Assembly: GCA_965208545.1 (NCBI GenBank)
Contig: OZ242341.1
Span: 2,399,380-2,463,379, forward strand
Direction of reading: 5' to 3'
Length of the DNA: 64,000 nucleotides
From: Candidatus Poriferisocius sp.
Lineage (GTDB): Bacteria; Actinomycetota; Acidimicrobiia; Acidimicrobiales; Bin134
In this document: in pieces, positions 27,056-34,247 of the stretch
How the letters are laid out: the number at the start of each line of letters is the position of its first letter
Numbering within the stretch: the stretch's first letter is position 1
The notes under the pieces: model-generated
Databases searched by the model: none
Told to the model about the DNA's origin: nothing
The model's input: the letters and a program-made list of their open reading frames with translations, nothing else
Made by a program: the position numbers and the translations under genes

Positions 27056-28261
27056 GGTGGCATTGAGGGTTACTTCGAAGCGGGCACCGCCGAGCTCGGC
27101 GGAATCGCCCACCTGAATGGCGCCCCGGTGGCGATCGACGATGGCCTTGACGAGGGCGAGGCCAATGCCAATACCGCCGGTTTCTCTGGCTCGGCTGCTA
27201 TCGAGGCGAACGAAGCGTTCAAAGATGCGATCACGGTCTTCAGAGCTGATTCCCGGTCCGTCGTCCTCAACCGCGATCAAGACTTTGGTGTCCTCAGCCG
27301 TCACAGTTACCACCACGCGACCCGCGGCATGGATGACTGCGTTGTCCACCAGATTGATCACTACCTGCTCGATCTGCGAGGCCACGCCATCGGCTCGCGC
27401 CACTGCCGGGCAATTCAATGAGATTGCGGACACTTCCTCTTCGAAACGATCAACCGCGTCACGGCACACCGCGGCAACATCAACCTCAGTGGTGTCGAGT
27501 TCCAAGCGATCCTCATCGAGCCGAGCGAGATCCAGCAGATTGGCAACCAGCAGCTGCATGCGCTGAGCCTCCCCCGACACCGTCTCGGCCAGCTTCTGGA
27601 GCTTGATTGGGTCGGGGCTGACCGACGCAATCTCGGCCGCCGCCACAATCGTCGACAGTGGGGAGCGAAGTTCATGGCTGGCGTCGGCGACGAATGCCCG
27701 CTGTCGCTCCGATGACGATTCCAGCCGGTCGAGCATCTCGTTCATCAGAGCAGCAAGCTTGGCGATCTCGTCTTCGCTAGCCGGCACCGGGACCCGCTCG
27801 TTGAGAGTAGAACCTGTGATTTCCGCGACCTGAGCAGAGATGTCTCGCACAGGACGCAAGGCTCGCCCCACTGTCCACCAAATGGCGAGACCGAGTGCCA
27901 CCACTACCACGGGCACGATGATCAGCAGCGCGTTTGACGCGGCGTCAACCCCGGCTTGCACTTCGCGGACGGAAGCATCGGCCAAGGCGCGCTGCTGAGC
28001 ATCGCCGCTGGATCCGCCGTCGGTTGATCCTTCGCCGCCCTCGCCGGCTTCTCCGCTGCCGCCGTCGGTTGATCCTTCGCCGCTAACGGAATGGGATGCC
28101 GATTCCAACGCAGTGCTGAGCGCGCTTCTGGCGTTGTCCTCCAGATCGCGCTCCACCAGCTGGACTATGAAGTACGACGCCAAGCCCAACACGAGAGCCG
28201 TCAACAAGGTGGCGGCCACCGTGGTCCTCCACCGCACCGACCGCAGCCGGCCAAGCTTCAT
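27017..28261 (-). CDS. Two-component sensor histidine kinase (2 TM segments, HAMP, HisKA, HATPase_c)
   Basis: I trimmed the ORF to ATG 28261 (MKLGRLRSVRW...), which overlaps the regulator stop (ATGA). It has the H-box ADASHELRSPLS, the N box DNAVIHA, and the G boxes DDGPGI and GIGIGLALV. The terminal TTYSIHPESSRYP lies beyond the ATPase domain. Confidence 0.88.
   Translation of the reverse strand: MKLGRLRSVRWRTTVAATLLTALVLGLASYFIVQLVERDLEDNARSALSTALESASHSVSGEGSTDGGSGEAGEGGEGSTDGGSSGDAQQRALADASVREVQAGVDAASNALLIIVPVVVVALGLAIWWTVGRALRPVRDISAQVAEITGSTLNERVPVPASEDEIAKLAALMNEMLDRLESSSERQRAFVADASHELRSPLSTIVAAAEIASVSPDPIKLQKLAETVSGEAQRMQLLVANLLDLARLDEDRLELDTTEVDVAAVCRDAVDRFEEEVSAISLNCPAVARADGVASQIEQVVINLVDNAVIHAAGRVVVTVTAEDTKVLIAVEDDGPGISSEDRDRIFERFVRLDSSRARETGGIGIGLALVKAIVDRHRGAIQVGDSAELGGARFEVTLNATTYSIHPESSRYP
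28014..28083 (-). repeat. 25-nt perfect direct repeat with a 45-nt period, inside the kinase sensor loop
   Basis: ccgccgtcggttgatccttcgccgc occurs at 28014-28038 and 28059-28083. It encodes the duplicated GEGSTDGG. Confidence 0.85.
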
Positions 28262-28929
28262 GTCGCCACGACCCGGTAGCCGACTCCCCGCAGGTTCTTG
28301 ATGGTGCTCACGTCGAACGGTTCGTCGACCTTGCGCCGCAAATAGCGCACGTAAACCTCCACGATCTTGGGATCGACATCGGCGTCGATACCCCACACCC
28401 GATTGAATATCTCCAGCTTGGGCACCGGAGTGTCGCCCGCTCTCATCAGCACTTCGAGAACCTGCAACTCAGTGCGGGTCAGATCGATCACCGTCTCTCC
28501 CCGACGCACGGCCGATGAGGCGACATCGAACACCAGATCGCCCACCTGGAGCACGGCGGGTCGCTCGACCGAGGGACGGCGGGCCAGCGCTCGCAACCGA
28601 GCCAATAGCACGACGAATGAGAACGGCTTGGACAGATAGTCGTCGGCACCGGTGTCGAGGGCCTCGGCTTCGTCCCACTCCCCGTCCTTGGCCGTAAGCA
28701 TCAGAATCGGGGTCCAGATCTCGGCCTCGCGCAGTTTGCGGCAGATCTGGTAGCCGTTGAGCCCGGGCAGCATGATGTCCAACACGATCACGTCATAGCT
28801 GCCCACTTTGGCCCGAAACAGCCCTTCGCGGCCGTCGTGCTCGATGTCGGCAGTCACGCCGTGCTCGCTGAGCCCCTCGCGGATCGTCTCGGCCAGCCGC
28901 TCCTCGTCCTCCACCAGCAGAACGCGCAT
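28258..28929 (-). CDS. OmpR/PhoB-family response regulator
   Basis: It has MRVLLVEDEERL, VLDIMLPGLNG, LTAKD and SKPF, followed by a winged helix ending GVGYRV. Confidence 0.9.
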   Translation of the reverse strand: MRVLLVEDEERLAETIREGLSEHGVTADIEHDGREGLFRAKVGSYDVIVLDIMLPGLNGYQICRKLREAEIWTPILMLTAKDGEWDEAEALDTGADDYLSKPFSFVVLLARLRALARRPSVERPAVLQVGDLVFDVASSAVRRGETVIDLTRTELQVLEVLMRAGDTPVPKLEIFNRVWGIDADVDPKIVEVYVRYLRRKVDEPFDVSTIKNLRGVGYRVVAT

Positions 28930-29035
28930 AGGGTTACATCATCCCTCACGCTTGCGAGGCAGGCGCATCACAGTCCGCAGAAGCGCGTGCGTTTGTCGAC
29001 ATTGCGCCGCTCTGAGGAGCAGATGGTGCATGGGA

Positions 29036-29155
29036 GTTGGCCGGACGTGCTGCGCCCCTGGGCCGGAGGGGATAGACCCAGGGGCGCACATGCCCGGTTG
29101 CGGTTCCTTTCTCAAATCAGGGGCATGGGGAGGATTCGGGGTGGATGCTGTAGGT
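29036..29155 (-). repeat. Copy B of the roughly 120-bp duplicated module (end of the lipoprotein gene, spacer, and hairpin)
   Basis: See copy A. This copy overlaps the last 13 codons (DTYSIHPESSPCP) of the lipoprotein gene. Confidence 0.85.
29051..29088 (-). terminator. GC hairpin downstream of the lipoprotein gene
   Basis: The 12-bp arms tgcgcccctggg / cccaggggcgca are identical to those of the hairpin at 26950-26987. The loop differs. Confidence 0.55.
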
Positions 29156-30670
29156 ATCGGGAACCACCGGATCGGCTGAAAGCACCACATCGATGGACTC
29201 GCCCGGTCGCAGGTCGACGCCGATGGTGGGTCCTAGCTCGATGACCTGTCCCTGAGCGCCCATGTGGATCTCCAACCGGGAGGCGCACACCGTTTGGCTG
29301 GTGTTGTTGGTCACCGTCGCCTGAAAGGAGTTGGTGGCCCGGTCGTAGGCAACGCGGTAGTCCAGGTTGTTGAACGTGCCGGACACGGGCTGGCTAATGG
29401 GTGTAGACGGGCTAGTCTCCTCGCCGCCTTCGCCGCCGCCTTCGCTGCCGCCGCCTTCATGGCCCGCTCCTTCGCCGCCGCTCTCGTGGCCGGGGCCTTC
29501 GCCGCCGCTCTCGCTGCCGGATTCACCGCTGCCGCCTTCCGCGCCTTCGCCGGGGTGGCTGGCAACGGAGGTACAGGTGAAGGTCTCGGTTTCGGCTTGC
29601 CACGTGTTGAACCGGGATTGGGGCGCCTCAACGGTGAAGTCCGCTCGGCCCGCCACGTCCAAGGCGGGAATCAGCACGCTTTGCGAGCCGGCTCGGCCGT
29701 CGGCGATCACCTTGACCGACGTATTGCAGATCGGAACCGCGGCCTCGTTTTTCACCCGGGCCAAAAAGCGGTCGTTCTGCTCGTCGTAAGTGATGGCCAG
29801 CTCCAGGTCATTCAGATTCCCCGCATAGGACTCACCAATGACGAGCACCTGGGACGACTTGACTCCCCGGCTCACCCCAGAGCTGGTCAGGTAGGTAGCC
29901 GAGCCCGGCCCAGCCGCCTGGCGACCGGTTTCGGTCCCCTCGGGTCCCTCGCCGCGGCCTTCGCTGCCACCGCTTTCGTGGCCCGCACCCTCACTGCCCT
30001 CGCCGCCGGAGCCTTCACCGGCTTCGCCCGATCCGACTTCGACGTGGGCGCTCCAAGTGTCGAATGGAGCTGCCGTCGAAGGCAGTGTCAGGCGAAGGGA
30101 TTGGCCGGGTGGCAGATCGGTTGGCGTGGTAGGGCCAAGCTCAGTGCCGTTGGATAGGTGAACCTCCACTCGGACTCGGGTCAGAGTCTGGTTGGTGGTG
30201 TTCTCCGCCGTGCCCACGAAGGCGTTGGCCGCCGGATCGAAGGCCAGCTGGAGACGGGCGCCTCCGATGGTCTCGTCGTAGGTCTGGTCGGGTGTCAGCA
30301 GGGTGACGTTGCCGCCCTCGGCTGCTTCGCCGCGGCCAGCTTCGCCGCCGTGGCCGGCTTCCGCCGCTTCACCCATCCCGCCGCCTTCGCCGCTTCCTGA
30401 GTGTTCCCCGGCGCCTTCGGGGCCGGTTGATCCTTCGCGGCTTTCGCCCCCGCTCTCGTGGCCGGCACCCTCGCTGGCCTCAGCACCGCTTTCGTGGCCG
30501 GCACCTTCGCCGGACTCGCCGCTGGCGCACGCACCGGCAACGAGAGCAATCGACAGCACGACGGCGCCCGCCGCGGCGGCAACCCGCTTCTTTGATTTGC
30601 CGAAGAAACCGAGAATCTTGTTCTTGCCTTCTTGGGTCTCTTGATCTTCTGGTCTGGTTTCGATGGTCAT
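29117..30670 (-). CDS. Secreted lipoprotein with three homologous beta-rich domains separated by Gly/Glu/Ser/His low-complexity linkers; function unknown
   Basis: ATG 30670 is preceded by aaggag. It has a signal peptide with the lipobox-like LVAGAC. The linkers carry repeated EGAGHESGG. The three domains end FDTWSAHVE, FNTWQAETE and PDTYSIHPE. I recognise no known family. Confidence 0.75.
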   Translation of the reverse strand: MTIETRPEDQETQEGKNKILGFFGKSKKRVAAAAGAVVLSIALVAGACASGESGEGAGHESGAEASEGAGHESGGESREGSTGPEGAGEHSGSGEGGGMGEAAEAGHGGEAGRGEAAEGGNVTLLTPDQTYDETIGGARLQLAFDPAANAFVGTAENTTNQTLTRVRVEVHLSNGTELGPTTPTDLPPGQSLRLTLPSTAAPFDTWSAHVEVGSGEAGEGSGGEGSEGAGHESGGSEGRGEGPEGTETGRQAAGPGSATYLTSSGVSRGVKSSQVLVIGESYAGNLNDLELAITYDEQNDRFLARVKNEAAVPICNTSVKVIADGRAGSQSVLIPALDVAGRADFTVEAPQSRFNTWQAETETFTCTSVASHPGEGAEGGSGESGSESGGEGPGHESGGEGAGHEGGGSEGGGEGGEETSPSTPISQPVSGTFNNLDYRVAYDRATNSFQATVTNNTSQTVCASRLEIHMGAQGQVIELGPTIGVDLRPGESIDVVLSADPVVPDTYSIHPESSPCP

Positions 30671-30774
30671 TTTCCATCTCCTTTGATGTGACCGGTTCTG
30701 CTCCTCACAGAACCTGATGGTCACAGTGTGCCGAGGAGATGGTTAAAGGAAGGTTGGAATGCGGAGCACTTTAA

Positions 30775-30791
30775 CCCTGCTTTAAGCAGGG
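30775..30791 (-). terminator. Small hairpin downstream of dnaG
   Basis: ccctgc-tttaa-gcaggg is a 6-bp stem. On the minus strand it is followed by ttaaag. This is a weak candidate. Confidence 0.25.
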
Positions 30792-30829
30792 GATTTAGCG
30801 AGACCGACGGTGTTGTTCGATGAGGAGCT

Positions 30830-32698
30830 CTAGGTCCCAGGTCGCAACATCTCTAGGAGGATGCGAGCCTGTTCGGCCTCCCACTCCGATTCCCGGAGCT
30901 GGTCCATGGATGTCTTCAAGCTGGCCACCCGGCGCAGCAGCTCCTCGTCGGCTGAGCCGGTACGGGCTTGGCGCTCCAGGTAGGCCAACTCCCGCTGGGC
31001 CTCCTCATACAACAAGATGGCCATCACAACGTCCTGTCGATGGCGACTCGTCCGCAGCTCCTCGTCCTCATCCACCACCAGCTCCCGCATGAGCTCTGTC
31101 ACCCTTGGGTCTGCCTCAGCCAGCAGCGTGTCCATATCGGGGTATTCCAGCAGAGCCTCGAATACCCCCCGATAGAGAGGATGGTGGAATAGCTCGGGAC
31201 CGATCTCCGGCCACACCCCATCGGGCTCGTTGGCCGCCAGCCACAGCACTTGGCGCTCCACGTTGTTGGGAGGAGGGCTCTCATTGGCCCCATCGCCTTC
31301 GAATTCCGCGTAGTCGCCACGGTAGCCACTGGACTCATGCACTGCGTCAGCCGGGTGGGGGGCGTCTTCCGCCGCGGGTCGGGATGCCCGGCGCGGGCCG
31401 CGGCGGCGAGCATCGGCTGCCACGTTCCGCAGGTGGTCGGCGTTCACCGAGCAGCGGTCAGCTACCTCCACCAAGTACTTGTCCCGGATCTCCGGGTTGG
31501 GGTGCTCGGACACCAGACGGGCGGCCCTTTCCCCCGCTCGGACCTGGCCCTTGACCGTCGATAGGTCGGCCTCGCCCAATACCCGGTTGATGCGGAAGTC
31601 CATGAAGTCCACCGCATCAGAGACCGCGGCCGCCAGCCGCTCCGGATCGTTCTGGGCCAAATCGCCGGGATCAGCCCCGGGAGGCAGGTCGGCCACCGCC
31701 ACCTCCAGTTCGAAGGCGTGCTCCCACTGAGAGAATCGCTCGGCCGCGGTCTGACCAGCGGAGTCCGCGTCGAAGGCCAGCACGATGCGGGGGGCGAACC
31801 GGCGTAGCACCCGAACGTGGTCCTCGGTTAGGGCGGTTCCGCAGGTAGCCACCGCTCGGGCGATGCCGGCCTGGGCGAATCCGATCACGTCGGTGTAGCC
31901 CTCGCACACAATCACCTCACTGGCGTTCACTATGTCCTGTTTGGCCCAATTGAGCCCGTACAACACCCGGGACTTGCGGTAGACGGCGTTGTCCACCGAG
32001 TTCTTGTATTTGGGACCGTCCCCGCCGGGAAGCACCCGTCCGCCGAAGCCCACCGGCTTGCCGCTGGGATCGAAGATGGGAAACAGCAGGCGGGCCCGGA
32101 AGCTGTCCTGGATGCGCCCGCCCTTGTTGCGGAATCCCAGGCCGGCGTCGGAGAAAACCTGCGCCGCCATTCCCTTGTCGGTGCCCACCCCGAGGTCGGC
32201 TGCCAGCGCATCCCAGTCATCGGGGGCCCATCCCAGTTTGTACTGGCGCACCACGTCGCCGTCGTAGCCCCGGTGGCGGAGATAGCCCCGGGCCGGGCCG
32301 GCATCGGCCGCAGTCAGCAGACGCTGGTGATACCACTCAACCGCCTGCTCCAGGGCCTCGGTGAGCTTGCCCCGCTTCTGGCGGTCGGCCCCCTCACCAG
32401 GAGCGGTGTAGCGAAGGGCAATCCCCGCCCGCCCAGCCAGTCGCTCCACCGCCTCGGGAAAGTCGGCGTGCTCCACCTCCCGAAGGAAGGTGATGGCGTC
32501 GCCGCTGGCCTTGCAGCCGAAGCAGTGGTACACGCCCATCTCGGCGTTAACCGAGAAAGACGGGGTCTTCTCGGCATGGAAAGGGCACAGCCCCTGCCAG
32601 CGGCGCCCCACCCGTTTCAGCTGAACGTATTCGCTGATGACCGCGACGATGTCCGTCGCCTCTCTCACCCGGGCCACGTCTTCGTCGTGGATGCCCAC
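30830..32698 (-). CDS. dnaG: DNA primase
   Basis: It has the zinc ribbon CPFHAEKTPSFSVN...YHCFGCKASGD, the Toprim motif VCEGYTDV, and AFDADSAG. The start is GTG. Confidence 0.93.
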   Translation of the reverse strand: MGIHDEDVARVREATDIVAVISEYVQLKRVGRRWQGLCPFHAEKTPSFSVNAEMGVYHCFGCKASGDAITFLREVEHADFPEAVERLAGRAGIALRYTAPGEGADRQKRGKLTEALEQAVEWYHQRLLTAADAGPARGYLRHRGYDGDVVRQYKLGWAPDDWDALAADLGVGTDKGMAAQVFSDAGLGFRNKGGRIQDSFRARLLFPIFDPSGKPVGFGGRVLPGGDGPKYKNSVDNAVYRKSRVLYGLNWAKQDIVNASEVIVCEGYTDVIGFAQAGIARAVATCGTALTEDHVRVLRRFAPRIVLAFDADSAGQTAAERFSQWEHAFELEVAVADLPPGADPGDLAQNDPERLAAAVSDAVDFMDFRINRVLGEADLSTVKGQVRAGERAARLVSEHPNPEIRDKYLVEVADRCSVNADHLRNVAADARRRGPRRASRPAAEDAPHPADAVHESSGYRGDYAEFEGDGANESPPPNNVERQVLWLAANEPDGVWPEIGPELFHHPLYRGVFEALLEYPDMDTLLAEADPRVTELMRELVVDEDEELRTSRHRQDVVMAILLYEEAQRELAYLERQARTGSADEELLRRVASLKTSMDQLRESEWEAEQARILLEMLRPGT

Positions 32699-32707
32699 AG
32701 CGTGAGA

Positions 32708-34237
32708 CTACGCCGAGTTAGCGACAGCTTGGGCGGCAACCGCCTGGGCAGCCGCCAGGCGGGCCACCGGAACGCGGTGAGGGGAGCAGGACACGTAGTC
32801 CATCCCCGAAGCGGCCCAGAACGCGATCGACGCTGGGTCGCCGCCGTGCTCGCCGCACACCCCGATCTCGATTCCGGGGCGAGCAGCGCGGGCCGCAGCC
32901 GCCGCGTCGGCCACCAGCCGGCCCACTCCGCCGGTGTCCAAGGTCTCAAAGGGGTTGGCCGCCAGCAGGCCGTGGTCGATGTAGGGGCGCATGATCCTGG
33001 CCTCGATGTCGTCGCGGCAAAACCCGAAGGTCATCTGGGTCAAGTCGTTGGTGCCCACTGACAAAAAGTCGGCGCAATCCGCAATCTCGGCCGCGGCCAG
33101 CGCCGACCGGGGGGTCTCTATCATCGCGCCCACGGGGATGGACCGCCCGGCCAGGCGGCTCTCGAATCGGGCGAGCTCGTCGGTCACCGCGGCCCGCACG
33201 TGGGCCAGCTCGGGGCCGCCCACCACCAGAGGCACCATAACCCGCACCCGCGGATCGCCGCCGTCAGCCACCCGGCGGGCAGCCGCCTCGCCCGCTGCTT
33301 TGGCCTGGGCCCGGTACAGCTCGGGGCGAAGTACCCCCAGCCGCGCGCCGCGCACGCCGAGCATGGGGTTTTCCTCGACCAGCTCGGGATGATCGGGCAG
33401 AAACTCGTGCAGGGGCGGGTCAAGCAGTCTCACGATCACCGGCAACCCGTCCATAACCTCCAACAGTTCGACCAGGTCGTTCACCTGGGCCTCGGCCAGC
33501 GCGTCCAAAGCGGCTTGCCCGCCATCGGTGATGGCCCGCTGGATGAGGGGCAGCCGCTCACCCAAAAACATGTGCTCGGTGCGGCACAGCCCCACGCCGT
33601 CTGCTCCGAACTCCCGGGCCAGCCGGGCCGAGAAGGCGTCGTCGGCGTTGGCCCGCACCCCTAGGCGTTCAGCGCGCAGTTCGTCAGCCCACTCCAGCAG
33701 CCGGAACAGCTCGTCGGGGATCTCCACGTCGTCCACCTCGGCGGCACCCAGCATGATGGTGCCCGCTGAGCCGTCCACGGTGATGGGATCGCCATTGCGC
33801 AGTTCCACCTCACCCAATCGGGCCGCCCCCGCGGCCACGTCCAAAGACAGGGTCTCCACTCCCACCACCGCGGGAATGCCCCAGCCCCGGGCGATTACCG
33901 CCGCGTGGCTGGCCATGCCCCCCTTGGCGGTGATGATGGCCGCAGCAACCGACATGGCCACTTCATCGGCCGGCGTGGTGAATGGGCGCACAAAGACGGC
34001 GGGAACGCCTTCGTCGTCGGCGTCGAGCACCGCGTCCACCGACAGGCATACCCGTCCCGAGGCCGCTCCCGGCGAGGCGGCCACCCCGTGGGCAGCCACC
34101 GGCCCTGATGGGCCGTCGGCCATCTTGGCGTGAAGCAGGTCTTCGATGTCGATGGGGGAAACCCCCATCACCGCCTCAGCCTGTTCCATTTCACCACGCC
34201 CGACGGCGTTTACCGCAGCGACAACCGGGCTGGTCAC
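32708..34237 (-). CDS. ppdK: Short-form pyruvate phosphate dikinase (phosphohistidine swivel and PEP/pyruvate domains only; no ATP-grasp domain)
   Basis: It has GGMASHAAVIARGWGIPAVVG (catalytic His), LCRTEHMF, NPMLGVRG, GTNDLTQ and MDYVSCSPHRVP (catalytic Cys). The proposed GTG start at 34237 lies 10 nt after the glyQS stop. The upstream part of the track ORF overlaps glyQS. Confidence 0.8.
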   Translation of the reverse strand: MTSPVVAAVNAVGRGEMEQAEAVMGVSPIDIEDLLHAKMADGPSGPVAAHGVAASPGAASGRVCLSVDAVLDADDEGVPAVFVRPFTTPADEVAMSVAAAIITAKGGMASHAAVIARGWGIPAVVGVETLSLDVAAGAARLGEVELRNGDPITVDGSAGTIMLGAAEVDDVEIPDELFRLLEWADELRAERLGVRANADDAFSARLAREFGADGVGLCRTEHMFLGERLPLIQRAITDGGQAALDALAEAQVNDLVELLEVMDGLPVIVRLLDPPLHEFLPDHPELVEENPMLGVRGARLGVLRPELYRAQAKAAGEAAARRVADGGDPRVRVMVPLVVGGPELAHVRAAVTDELARFESRLAGRSIPVGAMIETPRSALAAAEIADCADFLSVGTNDLTQMTFGFCRDDIEARIMRPYIDHGLLAANPFETLDTGGVGRLVADAAAAARAARPGIEIGVCGEHGGDPASIAFWAASGMDYVSCSPHRVPVARLAAAQAVAAQAVANSA

Positions 34238-34247
34238 CGTGTCTGTC

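Noticed and set aside
29400-30545. Possible CRISPR-like or satellite repeats (also 54316-54471 and 28014-28083)
   Set aside because: The repeats are in frame within long ORFs. They encode Gly/Glu/Ser/His or Asp/His low-complexity peptide, have no constant-length unique spacers and no cas genes. They are coding tandem repeats, not CRISPR.
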